Origin: Desulfobacteraceae bacterium
GTDB lineage: Bacteria; Desulfobacterota; Desulfobacteria; Desulfobacterales; ETH-SRB1
NCBI GenBank assembly: GCA_030593145.1
Contig: JAUVHU010000005.1
Location: 1,502-65,501 of the forward strand
Length of the DNA: 64,000 bases
Direction: 5' to 3'
In this document: piece after piece, positions 9,297 to 18,190 of the stretch
Position numbering within the stretch: the first letter of the stretch is position 1
How the letters are laid out: each line of letters opens with the position of its first letter
Program-made: the position numbers and the translations under genes
Notes under the pieces: model-generated
Databases searched by the model: none
What the model saw: only the letters and a program-made list of their open reading frames with translations
Told to the model about the DNA's origin: nothing

Positions 9297-10877
9297 ATGG
9301 ATTCGGTATTTCAATTTTTATCTCAGTCAGGGAAGGTCTTTAAATCATTAACCCCATCGAAAAGATTATCTATTCTTGTTGTCGCTGTCATTACTCTAAT
9401 TAGCATAGTGGCATTTGTCGTTTTTGTAAATCAGAAAGAATACAGAACGCTTTTTTCCAATCTTTCTACTGAGGATGCAGGAGAGATTGTTGCTGTATTG
9501 CAGGAAAAAAAGATTCCCTATAAGGTATCTTCTGCTGGCGATTCCATATTGGTTCCTGCTGAATATGTTTCTGAATTAAGACTCGACCTGGCCGCTTCAG
9601 GGATGCCCGGAGGCGGGGTGGTGGGCTTTGAAATATTTGACACCAAGAATTTCGGGGTTACAGATTTTGTACAGAAGCTGAATTATCAAAGAGCGCTCCA
9701 GGGTGAATTATCACGCACAATCACCGGCCTGGATGAGATTAAACATAGCAGGGTTCATATCGTAATACCTAAGAAATCACTTTTTGTTGAAAAACAGGCA
9801 AAACCGACCGCTTCGGTTATTATAAAACTAAAAACAGGCAGGAAGCTGCGGGCATCTCAGGTAGAAGGTATAGCCTCTCTCGTGGCTGGTAGCGTGGAAG
9901 GGCTGAGTCCTGAAGAGGTAATGATAGTTGACAGCGGAGGAAATATTTTGTTAGCGGTGAGAAGCGGGTCTCAATTGTCGAAGCGGACAGATTCACAAAT
10001 GGAATTTCAGAGAAATGTAGAAAAGAATCTGGCGAACAGGATTCAAACCATGCTGGAAAAGGTGGTGGGAGAAGGAAAGGTTGTGGCAAGGGTTTCCGCT
10101 GTTCTTGATTTTAGAGTGATGGAAAAAACAGAGGAATCCTACGATCCTGAAGAACCTGTTGTGAGGAGTCTGCACCGCAGGAGCGAAAAGTCGAGCGTAC
10201 CTGTCAGTGGAGGAGAAAGTACTGTCACCTCTACCAGAGGATTGAGTACAAAATCCTATGGCACAGATCATGAAAAAACGGATGAAATAGTCAATTATGA
10301 AATAAACCGGGTTATCAGCAAGACCGTAATGCCGGTAGGGGAAGTGGAAAAATTGTCAATGGCTGTGCTGGTAGATGGAGTTTATAATAAAAATGATAAA
10401 GGTGTTGAAGAGTTTCAGCCAAGATCGAAAAAAGAGATAGAGACTCTGGAAAGCCTTGTTAAAAGGTCGGTTGGTTTTGATGCCAAAAGGGGCGATCAGA
10501 TAGTGGTAACCAGCATCCCTTTCAGAAAAATTGAATTAGAAATGGGGCCTGCTGAGGGGGAGGGCTGGAAGGCTAAATTACATTTAATTATTCCGTTCAT
10601 AAAATATTTTGTTTCATTAATTGTTCTTGTATTTGTTTTGTTTTTTATTCTGCGTCCTTTAATCAATTTCATTACGACAAAGGACGTGACCGAAAAGATT
10701 GTCGCAGAGGGATTGCCTTCTGCTGGAGTTGATAAGTTGCCAATTAAAGATATTTCGTTGGATATTGGAGGAGAGATAGATGAAAGTCTCAGAGGCCTGG
10801 ATGCTGTTAGGGGTCTGGCCAGTCAGGATGCCAAGAGCTTTGCGGAATTATTGAGAAACTGGCTCAGGAAAGGATAA
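9297..10877 (+). CDS. fliF: Flagellar MS-ring protein FliF.
   Basis: 526 aa with an N-terminal TM and a C-terminal TM (IIPFIKYFVSLIVLVFVLFFIL). YscJ/FliF-like segment: LDLAASGMPGGGVVGFEIFD..QRALQGELSRTI. Confidence 0.95.
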   Translation: MDSVFQFLSQSGKVFKSLTPSKRLSILVVAVITLISIVAFVVFVNQKEYRTLFSNLSTEDAGEIVAVLQEKKIPYKVSSAGDSILVPAEYVSELRLDLAASGMPGGGVVGFEIFDTKNFGVTDFVQKLNYQRALQGELSRTITGLDEIKHSRVHIVIPKKSLFVEKQAKPTASVIIKLKTGRKLRASQVEGIASLVAGSVEGLSPEEVMIVDSGGNILLAVRSGSQLSKRTDSQMEFQRNVEKNLANRIQTMLEKVVGEGKVVARVSAVLDFRVMEKTEESYDPEEPVVRSLHRRSEKSSVPVSGGESTVTSTRGLSTKSYGTDHEKTDEIVNYEINRVISKTVMPVGEVEKLSMAVLVDGVYNKNDKGVEEFQPRSKKEIETLESLVKRSVGFDAKRGDQIVVTSIPFRKIELEMGPAEGEGWKAKLHLIIPFIKYFVSLIVLVFVLFFILRPLINFITTKDVTEKIVAEGLPSAGVDKLPIKDISLDIGGEIDESLRGLDAVRGLASQDAKSFAELLRNWLRKG

Positions 10878-10889
10878 AGGAAAAATTGT

Positions 10890-11897
10890 ATGGGCATGAC
10901 GAAAGAAGAAAAGGCGGCGGTGCTCCTTTTGTCTTTGGACGAAGAAGTGGCGGCAGATGTAATGAGAAATCTCTCACCGGATGAGATCAGACGTGTCGGA
11001 AAATGTATGAGCGGGTTAAGCGGGGTGGCGAATGAAGATGTAGGAAGTGTTGCCAGGGAATTTTGCTCGCTTGCCGAGGAAAAAGGGAATAGAATCATGT
11101 CTGTTCAAGGTAGTGTTGTCGAAAGCATTGTATTGAAAGCATTGGGAGAAGTTAAGGGAAAAGAGGTCTTAAAAGTAATTGAAGATGGCAGCTTTTTAAT
11201 GGAGAGTCCAGTTATTGAAAATTTGAGGAATACAGATACACAGATATTGATTGATGCCACAAAGACGGAACATCCTCAGACCATAGCCCTTATACTGGCG
11301 CATCTTAGACCGGAACAGACATCTGAAATTATGGAACAATTTCCACCTGATAAGCAAGAAGAGATAGCAAGGAGGATCGCGACACTTGGAAGCGTTCCGC
11401 GTGAGTTTATGGAGGATATGGCTAAAACGCTTGAATCGGAAATGGTTGCAGAAAAAGATCGTGGAGAGCAAATTGGCGGAGTTAAGATGGTTGCGGAGAT
11501 TTTGAACAGGATGAGCCGATCAAATGAAAATAGAATTTTAGAATCATTTGAAAAGTCAAATGCGGATTTAGCGGCTGATATCAGAAACCTCATGTTTACT
11601 TTTGATGATATTTTCAAGTTAGATGACAGGAGTATGAGAATATTGCTTGAGGAGATAGATCGTGAAGTTTTGGCCATTGCTATCAAAATAATTGACAGTG
11701 AAATGAGAGAAAGGATTTTTAAAAATATGTCAAAGCGTGCCGGTGGAATGCTAAGGGAAGATATAGAGGTTATGGCCCCCAAAAGACTGTCAGAAGTTGA
11801 AAAAAGCCAGAAAACGATTATTGATACCGCAAAGAGACTGGAAAGTGAAGAGAAGATAACAATAACAACTGGCGGTGAAGATGATGTATTTGTCTGA
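10890..11897 (+). CDS. fliG: Flagellar motor switch protein FliG.
   Basis: 335 aa. Motifs are EEKAAVLLLSLDEEVAADVMRNLSPDEIRRV and the conserved MFTFDDI. Confidence 0.95.
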   Translation: MGMTKEEKAAVLLLSLDEEVAADVMRNLSPDEIRRVGKCMSGLSGVANEDVGSVAREFCSLAEEKGNRIMSVQGSVVESIVLKALGEVKGKEVLKVIEDGSFLMESPVIENLRNTDTQILIDATKTEHPQTIALILAHLRPEQTSEIMEQFPPDKQEEIARRIATLGSVPREFMEDMAKTLESEMVAEKDRGEQIGGVKMVAEILNRMSRSNENRILESFEKSNADLAADIRNLMFTFDDIFKLDDRSMRILLEEIDREVLAIAIKIIDSEMRERIFKNMSKRAGGMLREDIEVMAPKRLSEVEKSQKTIIDTAKRLESEEKITITTGGEDDVFV

Positions 11898-12588
11898 TTC
11901 CAATAAAGTTGTCAAGGCGCAGGACATTAAACTCACGAATTCGAGTGGAAAAGCGCCGGTTCGTTTTATTCGGGGCATTTCCCATATTCCGGCAAATGAA
12001 GCAGATTTTAATGTTCGTGAAAATGGCATGAATATCGGTTCTGAGATTGAGGAGCCCGGGAAACAGGTAGAGGAAATAATAAAGATTACAGAAAAAGAAG
12101 CCTATGACAGAGGATTTTCGAAAGGAGTAACAGAGGGGATAAATAAGGAAAAGAGGAAACTGGCTCTTGCCGCAGAATCTGTTGCGAAATTGATCGGAGA
12201 ATTAAAAGTACTGAAGGAAGAATTTCTAAAAGACTCTGAAAAGGAAATAATCGATCTTGTTTTTTTAATAGCCGGCACTGTTATACATAAGGAAGTGAGT
12301 ACAGGCAGGGAAGTTCTTCTTTCCGTTCTTAGCGATGCGATGAGAAATATACAGGAGAGGGATGATGTCAGTATCCGCTTGAACCCTGAAGATCATCGTT
12401 ATATAACAGAGGCAAAACCCGATTTCCTCGATAGTTTCGGCAATATATTGATTGAGAAGGACAAAGAAATTGGTCAGGGCGGGGCGGTGATAAAGACACT
12501 TTTTGGGACACTTGATGCCAGGCTGGATCAGCAGTTAAATAAGATCAGGGAGCAGGTGTTAGGGGGCGGGGTGGAGTTTCACAGTTAA
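11875..12588 (+). CDS. fliH: Flagellar assembly protein FliH.
   Basis: 237 aa. It sits between fliG and fliI and has the E/K-rich coiled region plus a FliH-like C-terminal half. The last ~15 codons (KIREQVLGGGVEFHS) lie in the left arm of a family B hairpin. Confidence 0.8.
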   Translation: MKMMYLSDSNKVVKAQDIKLTNSSGKAPVRFIRGISHIPANEADFNVRENGMNIGSEIEEPGKQVEEIIKITEKEAYDRGFSKGVTEGINKEKRKLALAAESVAKLIGELKVLKEEFLKDSEKEIIDLVFLIAGTVIHKEVSTGREVLLSVLSDAMRNIQERDDVSIRLNPEDHRYITEAKPDFLDSFGNILIEKDKEIGQGGAVIKTLFGTLDARLDQQLNKIREQVLGGGVEFHS

Positions 12589-12634
12589 CGGTTCCGGAAA
12601 CCCCTGACCCCCGACCCCTGATCTCCGATTCCTG
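12543..12634 (+). repeat. Family B hairpin spanning the fliH stop codon.
   Basis: The left arm is GATCAGGGAGCAGGTGTTAGGGGGCGGGGTGGAG. The right arm is CCCCTGACCCCCGACCCCTGATCTCCGATTCCTG. Confidence 0.8.
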
Positions 12635-12645
12635 AAAACATAAAC

Positions 12646-13953
12646 ATGAATTTTGAAAAATATCATAAAACAATTAAGGGTATAAACCCGTTTAGTGTCT
12701 ATGGAAAAGTAAGCGGGGTTATCGGTCTTCTCGTGGAAGGTTATAATCCTGAAACTTCCATAGGCGAGATGTGCCGGATTTATCCGAATGGCAGCAACAG
12801 AGCAATCGGCGCGGAAGTTGTGGGATTCAGGGAAGAAAAGGTTCTTTTAATGCCTTTCGGAAAGCTTGATGATGTCGGGCCTGGCTGCAGGATTCTTTCT
12901 ACGGGGAAAAGGTCGAATGTCAAAGTAGGCTCAAATCTTCTAGGAAGGGTTATTGATGGTCTGGGCAATCCTATTGATGACAAGGGACCAATAGAATCGG
13001 AAGACGAATATCCGATTTATGCTGATCCGATCAATCCTCTTAAAAGGGGCAGGATAACGAAACCGATAGACATTGGAATCAGAGCGATGAATGGGTTGCT
13101 CAGTTGTGGCAGAGGTCAGAGGATGGGGATATTTGCAGGCTCCGGGGTTGGCAAGAGCTTTCTCCTCGGCATGATTGCCAGAAACACAAAAGCTGATATC
13201 AATGTAATCGGACTCGTTGGCGAAAGAGGAAGAGAAGTTCGTGAGTTTATTGAAAATGATCTTGGCAAGGAAGGGCTTGCCAGGTCCGTGGTTGTTGTGG
13301 CGACATCGGACATACATCCTCTGGTCAGGATGAGGGCGGCGTATGTGGCGACTGCAATAGCGGAATATTTCAGGAATCAGGGAATGGAAGTTCTCCTTAT
13401 GGTTGATTCGTTGACCAGATTTGCAATGGCGCAGAGAGAGGTCGGTCTATCTATAGGAGAACCTCCAACCGCAAAAGGTTATACGCCATCGGTTTTCAGT
13501 ATTATGCCGAAGTTGCTGGAAAGAGCTGGGAACTTAGAAGATAGTGGAAGCATAACAGGTCTTTACACTGTTCTTGTGGAAGGCGATGATTTTAATGAAC
13601 CGATCGCTGATGCGGCAAGGTCACTTCTGGATGGTCATATAACTCTTGACCGAGGTTTAGCTGCAAGGAATCACTATCCTGCGATAGATGTTCTGGAAAG
13701 CATCAGCAGGTTGATGATAGATATTGTGAATGAGAAACACCGAAAGATGGCCGGCGATGTTTTAAATATTGTATCAACTTACAGGAAGGCTGAAGATTTG
13801 ATTAATATAGGCGCCTACGTGGAAGGAAGCAATCCGGGAATAGACAATGCAATAAGAATGATAGACAAGGTAAATTCATTTTTAAAACAGGATATTGACG
13901 AAAAGATCAGTTTTGAAGAAAGCGAAGAACAACTCTTTGCCCTTTTTGATTAA
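12646..13953 (+). CDS. fliI: Flagellum-specific ATPase FliI.
   Basis: 435 aa. Walker A is GSGVGKS, with a Walker B region LLMVDSLTRFA, as in the FliI/YscN family. Confidence 0.95.
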   Translation: MNFEKYHKTIKGINPFSVYGKVSGVIGLLVEGYNPETSIGEMCRIYPNGSNRAIGAEVVGFREEKVLLMPFGKLDDVGPGCRILSTGKRSNVKVGSNLLGRVIDGLGNPIDDKGPIESEDEYPIYADPINPLKRGRITKPIDIGIRAMNGLLSCGRGQRMGIFAGSGVGKSFLLGMIARNTKADINVIGLVGERGREVREFIENDLGKEGLARSVVVVATSDIHPLVRMRAAYVATAIAEYFRNQGMEVLLMVDSLTRFAMAQREVGLSIGEPPTAKGYTPSVFSIMPKLLERAGNLEDSGSITGLYTVLVEGDDFNEPIADAARSLLDGHITLDRGLAARNHYPAIDVLESISRLMIDIVNEKHRKMAGDVLNIVSTYRKAEDLINIGAYVEGSNPGIDNAIRMIDKVNSFLKQDIDEKISFEESEEQLFALFD

Positions 13954-13957
13954 GGAA

Positions 13958-14105
13958 GGGACTGAAAAAAATGAACATCGAACATCGAACGTCCAACATC
14001 GAACATCGAATGGGAAAAGATAAGGAAAAGATGTTGGAATAATTTGAGGAGCGGAGCGACATCATTATTCGACGTTCAATGTTCGATGTTGGACGTTCAT
14101 CTTTT
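13958..14105 (+). repeat. Family A element, copy A3.
   Basis: GGGACTGAAAAAAATGAACATCGAACATCGAACGTCCAACATCGAACATCGAATGGGAAAAGATAAGGAAAAGATG..AATAATTTGAGGAGCGGAGCGACATCATTATTCGACGTTCAATGTTCGATGTTGGACGTTCATCTTTT. It starts 4 nt after the fliI stop. Confidence 0.9.
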
Positions 14106-14137
14106 AAATGAACCCTGAACCGCTGAACGGTTATCAT

Positions 14138-14596
14138 ATGTTTAATTTCAGATTACAGACGGTATTAAAATACAGAAAACAGTTAGAAGAACGCCTGATG
14201 CTTGAATTTGCAGATAGAAAAAGGAACCTCGATTGTGAGAAAGAAACATTAAAAAAGCTGAAAAGAGGGCGGGCAGGTTTGATTTCCCGATTGAAAAAGA
14301 TGGGCGAGAGCAAGCTGAGCGCCGCTGATATTTCAATTTATCTTTCTTATATTAGTTACATGAAGGATGAGGAAAATCACAGTGAAGAGATTATTCGTCA
14401 GATTGGAAAGGAGCTGGAAGAAAAAAGAATAAAGCTTGTTAATGCTTCAAGAAAAAGAAAAATTCTGGAAATCATTAAAGAAAAAAAACTGAAAGAATAC
14501 AGGTTGTCTTTAACTGTCAAGGAACAGAAAGAACTGGATGAGGCTGGAATTTTTAGAACAGGTTTCAGGGATCGGGGGTTAGGGGTCAGGGGTTAA
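14138..14596 (+). CDS. fliJ: Flagellar export chaperone FliJ.
   Basis: The position after fliI fits. The sequence MFNFRLQTVLKYRKQLEE.. is the typical FliJ coiled-coil start. The ORF-track start 14108 lies in repeat sequence. The C-terminus (GFRDRGLGVRG) is encoded by a family B arm. Confidence 0.75.
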   Translation: MFNFRLQTVLKYRKQLEERLMLEFADRKRNLDCEKETLKKLKRGRAGLISRLKKMGESKLSAADISIYLSYISYMKDEENHSEEIIRQIGKELEEKRIKLVNASRKRKILEIIKEKKLKEYRLSLTVKEQKELDEAGIFRTGFRDRGLGVRG

Positions 14597-14599
14597 AGG
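14561..14599 (+). repeat. Family B G-rich arm forming the 3' end of fliJ.
   Basis: GGTTTCAGGGATCGGGGGTTAGGGGTCAGGGGTTAAAGG. Confidence 0.85.
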
Positions 14600-14607
14600 T
14601 GTGAAAA

Positions 14608-15210
14608 ATGAAGAAGTTGATAATTGCCTGTAACGTTTTGATATTATTTATTGTTTTGGTAAAGATCGCCATTGTCGGAGGAATAGTAAAAAATTCAGAA
14701 ACCGCAAACTCTTTTCTGACTGTAAATGAGGCTGCGGCGGATTCGCCGGTTACGGCTGATTTTGCACCTCCGGTGAGGGACGTATTCGAGGACAGTTTGT
14801 CAGAAGAAAGGAAGCTCCTATCTTCATTGATGGGGAAGCAAAAGGCGCTCAATGAGCGGGAAAACTTTTTACAGTCTGAAGAAAGAAGATTAAATTTATT
14901 AAGAGATGAGATACTTTCCAAAATTGATAGTTTGCAAGAGATAGAGAAGAGATTAACAACGCTTCTCGAAATGGTTGAGGAAAGAGATAATAGAAAATAC
15001 AAGAGCATGGCAAAGCTTTATGAGTCTGTTCCTCCTGTCCGGGCAGGTTCTATGCTGGAAAAACTGGACACCAGGACGGCTGCGGCTATAATTATGAACA
15101 TGAAAAGCAAAAAAGCGGGCGCAATATTGGGACATGTAAATCCAGCCAAATCTGTAGAGATAACCAGGGAGATAACTGGCCGGGTTCCCAGTTCAAGGTT
15201 AACTGAATAG
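14608..15210 (+). CDS. MotE/YlxF-family flagellar protein (MgtE-N-like domain, N-terminal TM).
   Basis: 200 aa with TM LIIACNVLILFIVLVKIAIVG. The C-terminal YESVPPVRAGSMLEKLDTRTAAAIIMNMKSKKAGAILGHV resembles an MgtE_N fold. It occupies the same position as ylxF in the Bacillus fla/che operon. Confidence 0.65.
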   Translation: MKKLIIACNVLILFIVLVKIAIVGGIVKNSETANSFLTVNEAAADSPVTADFAPPVRDVFEDSLSEERKLLSSLMGKQKALNERENFLQSEERRLNLLRDEILSKIDSLQEIEKRLTTLLEMVEERDNRKYKSMAKLYESVPPVRAGSMLEKLDTRTAAAIIMNMKSKKAGAILGHVNPAKSVEITREITGRVPSSRLTE

Positions 15211-15246
15211 TAAAAAGTATGCATTTCTACGCAGGAGCGTGGGAAC

Positions 15247-15315
15247 GAGAGAATCACTCGACTACTCGACCACCCAACCACTTGACCAATTCCCTACTCG
15301 ACTACTCAAGCTCGG
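15247..15315. repeat. Family C arm (CTCGACTACTCGAC words), right-arm orientation.
   Basis: GAGAGAATCACTCGACTACTCGACCACCCAACCACTTGACCAATTCCCTACTCGACTACTCAAGCTCG. Confidence 0.85.
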
Positions 15316-15421
15316 CATTTCTTTCAAGTCAACAGGCAATATTTGCCTCATCCTGAGTTTCCATCCTATATTGTTTTCATAACATCTTGATATTAAATGC
15401 AATTTTAAAAGTCCGAGAGGG

Positions 15422-15437
15422 TGGCATGTCTTTTGCT
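15422..15437 (+). promoter_or_regulatory. Sigma54 promoter upstream of the fliK region.
   Basis: TGGCAT-GTCTT-TTGCT with exact spacing. It overlaps the ORF-track start 15421, which is therefore unlikely to be real. Confidence 0.6.
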
Positions 15438-15516
15438 CTTATCCTTTTGTAAAGCATTGGTAACTGTTCACATTTCGCGAATAGCAATTTTGGGACTTTT
15501 TACGAGGTCATCAATA

Positions 15517-16314
15517 ATGACAGAATTCAATCTGATAAATCTAAAGCAAGACATCGGCCTTTCGGGCGCATCTGAAAAAATGCGAAAAGAAAAGACCGGT
15601 AAGGAAGCGGAGCAGATGATGCCGTTTGCCTGTATAATGGGGAATGCATGCTGTGCAACGACACAAAAGACGGGGGGAATTCCACCCGATCTCCGCCACG
15701 GCAAAGGGAAGATTGGGGGGCGTTCTAATAAAGGTAATGCGATCAGGCGAGGTGTGGCTTTTAATATAGATCCAGAGAATAATATTCTGAGCGCGGGGAA
15801 GGGTAAGACGGAAAAAACGAATCAGTTGTTGAATAATATCCTGGGCGCGGGGAAGGGTAAAACGGAAAAAACGAATCAATCGCTGCCGGTGAAAGGCAAG
15901 GGAACAAAAATAAACGGATCATTTTCCGGTAAGATTGATTTGCTGTCGAAAAAAGATAGCCAAAAGCAGACCGGGGGAAAAGTTGAAAATCTGCATGGGA
16001 GCAGTGGCCTTAAAAAAAGCAAAGCCGGAATAAACCATGTCTTGACCGGAGATGCCAAGGAGCCGCTGAAACCTGGGTTGAACAAGCAAAGCATTGAATC
16101 AGGGCTGACGAAGTCAGGATTAATCAAAGCGGTTGTCGAAAAAAATGAGGCTGTCAAAGAGAGCAGGAGCTTAAGGGCTGCTGATACTGTTGGACAAAAT
16201 CTCAGGACAGGAAAGATAGCCGTTGCTGTTTCTAAAGAGGGTAGTTTCAGGAAGAGCTGGGCTGGAATAAACAACGTCCTGGTCAAAGGTCAGAGGTCAA
16301 AGGTCAGAGGGTAA
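15517..16314 (+). CDS. Lys/Gly-rich low-complexity ORF, candidate N-terminal part of FliK (see finding on the split).
   Basis: ATG 15517 has a GAGG SD 9 nt upstream and lies downstream of the sigma54 promoter. The sequence is low complexity with a 54-nt tandem repeat. It ends at a TAA inside a family B repeat, and the next ORF carries the FliK C-terminal domain. Confidence 0.5.
   Translation: MTEFNLINLKQDIGLSGASEKMRKEKTGKEAEQMMPFACIMGNACCATTQKTGGIPPDLRHGKGKIGGRSNKGNAIRRGVAFNIDPENNILSAGKGKTEKTNQLLNNILGAGKGKTEKTNQSLPVKGKGTKINGSFSGKIDLLSKKDSQKQTGGKVENLHGSSGLKKSKAGINHVLTGDAKEPLKPGLNKQSIESGLTKSGLIKAVVEKNEAVKESRSLRAADTVGQNLRTGKIAVAVSKEGSFRKSWAGINNVLVKGQRSKVRG
15778..15885 (+). repeat. 54-nt tandem duplication (NNILSAGKGKTEKTNQLL x2) within the FliK-N ORF.
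   Basis: AATAATATTCTGAGCGCGGGGAAGGGTAAGACGGAAAAAACGAATCAG.. is repeated with a few substitutions. Confidence 0.9.
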
Positions 16315-16366
16315 AGGTCAGAGCTCAGAGCTTGCCCGCCGTCAGTCTGGCGGGGTCAGAGGTCAG
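16281..16366 (+). repeat. Family B G-rich repeat at the junction of the two fliK-region ORFs.
   Basis: GGTCAAAGGTCAGAGGTCAAAGGTCAGAGGGTAAAGGTCAGAGCTCAGAGCTTGCCCGCCGTCAGTCTGGCGGGGTCAGAGGTCAG. It contains the stop of the first ORF and a small CCCGCC/GGCGGG hairpin. Confidence 0.9.
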
Positions 16367-17188
16367 ATGGCAAAGATGGATGATGCCTCGGGAGTTTTGA
16401 TGTCCGGATTGAAGAATGTGGCTGCTGCAAAAGGAAAGATTACTAAAGAGTCCGGCAGGACGGGAGAAAAATCTTTTACACCCATAAAAGATAATGGCGG
16501 CAAAAACAGCACTGAAAATCTCTTGAAACATTCAATTCTTAATGGTGAAGAAACTGCTGTCCGGCATGAAAAAACAGGAGTTAAGGGATTCACCGATCAT
16601 AATATGGAGATTCTTCATAGAAAAATTTCATCGCCATCACATTTGGATAAGAGTTCTTCTGCCGGGGCATATCATCATACCTCTTTTCATTCAGGCGGTA
16701 GTTCGGTAGCTGTTAATAAGAGCGTGAACAGTTCAGGCATAGAACCTCGTGTTTTGATCAATCAGATTGCAAGCGCTGCGAAAAGGTCCGGAAGGGTAAG
16801 GATTACGCTCAACCCACCCCGTTTGGGCACATTGGATATGAATGTGCTTGTCAGGGATAACAAAGTGCATGTTATGTTGCAGGTGGAGAATAATGATGTC
16901 AGGCAGGTATTGCAGTCAAATCTGGAAAGCCTCAAAAGTTCTCTTCGCAATCACGGATTGGTCGCGGATAGCATAAATGTATCTGTTCAGGAAAAATCGG
17001 ATGGCGCTAATCATGGCGCTAATTATAGATCAGGGCAGAACGAAACATTATTTAAAGAAGGCGGAAACAGGGAATGGAACGAAGAAGATCATGAGGAGGG
17101 ACGAGATCCCTTGAATAATGACCCCTCATCATTTGAGGAAGAAAACCAGCGCGTTCTGGGTGATGGGCGTGTCAGTTTGTTTGCGTAA
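16367..17188 (+). CDS. fliK: Flagellar hook-length control protein FliK, C-terminal (Flg_hook) part.
   Basis: RVRITLNPPRLGTLDMNVLVRDNKVHVMLQVENNDVRQVLQSNLESLKSSLRNHGL matches the FliK C-terminal domain pattern. Its reading frame is already open from 16271. Confidence 0.8.
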   Translation: MAKMDDASGVLMSGLKNVAAAKGKITKESGRTGEKSFTPIKDNGGKNSTENLLKHSILNGEETAVRHEKTGVKGFTDHNMEILHRKISSPSHLDKSSSAGAYHHTSFHSGGSSVAVNKSVNSSGIEPRVLINQIASAAKRSGRVRITLNPPRLGTLDMNVLVRDNKVHVMLQVENNDVRQVLQSNLESLKSSLRNHGLVADSINVSVQEKSDGANHGANYRSGQNETLFKEGGNREWNEEDHEEGRDPLNNDPSSFEEENQRVLGDGRVSLFA

Positions 17189-17189
17189 C

Positions 17190-17244
17190 TGCTCAGGCAC
17201 AGAGGCACAGAGGCACAGAGGCACAAAGGGACAGAGGGTTAGAA
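17190..17244 (+). repeat. (GGCACAGA)3 word arm.
   Basis: CTCAGGCACAGAGGCACAGAGGCACAGAGGCACAAAGGGACAGAGGGTTAGAA lies directly after the fliK stop and abuts copy A4. Confidence 0.9.
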
Positions 17245-17420
<176 letters not shown>

Positions 17421-17503
17421 CAAAACAACGCTGTATGGAATAAATGCAACCTGTGAACGTTTACAAAATAACTTAGCGTTTATGTGAGTCAGGAGGGTAT
17501 GAA

Positions 17504-18151
17504 ATGTCAGATATAGAAGGTATAATCGGCAGCAGCAGCGAAAGTTTGCAAGCTTTGCAGACGAGCAGCACGATGGGGAAGGATGATTTTCTTAAAATGA
17601 TGATAGCCCAGCTTCAACATCAGGATCCTCTCAATCCTCTCGACGGCACGGATTTTACAGCGCAGCTTGCGCAGTTTTCCAGCCTTGAACAGTTGAGTAA
17701 TATGAATACTCAATTAGAAACCCTGGGTCTTTATCAGGCATCGTTAAATAATACCCAATCAATAAGTCTTATCGGCAAGGAAATAATCGCGATAGGCAAT
17801 GTCATAAAAGTAGATGGAGCATCTGCCGACCTTGCTTATAATTTGTCGGAAACCGCTAAAGTTACCATCAGAATTTATGATGAAGGGGGTAATCTTGTGG
17901 ATACCCTCGAACCTGGAACTCAAGAAGAGGGGGAAAATTTAGTTGTCTGGGATTGCAGCGGTGTTGCGGCCGGCAATTATACATTCGAGGTGTCTGCAAA
18001 CGATGCTAATGGAAATGCGGTGTCTTCTTATACAATGTTAACAGGGAAAGTAACCGGGGTTTCTTTTGAGGAAGGGTTTCCCGTTCTTTCCGTTAACGGG
18101 CAGGATATTTCTTTTGGGAATATAATTTCTGTGAATGAACCGGCAGGTTAA
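17504..18151 (+). CDS. flgD: Flagellar hook capping/assembly protein FlgD.
   Basis: 215 aa. The conserved FlgD N-terminal motif is LGKDDFLKMMIAQLQHQDPLNPLDGTDFTAQLAQFSSLEQL, followed by an Ig-like C-terminal part. Confidence 0.9.
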   Translation: MSDIEGIIGSSSESLQALQTSSTMGKDDFLKMMIAQLQHQDPLNPLDGTDFTAQLAQFSSLEQLSNMNTQLETLGLYQASLNNTQSISLIGKEIIAIGNVIKVDGASADLAYNLSETAKVTIRIYDEGGNLVDTLEPGTQEEGENLVVWDCSGVAAGNYTFEVSANDANGNAVSSYTMLTGKVTGVSFEEGFPVLSVNGQDISFGNIISVNEPAG

Positions 18152-18190
18152 CAACCGTGAACGGTTACAGCAAAAAAGGAGGTAATAAAA

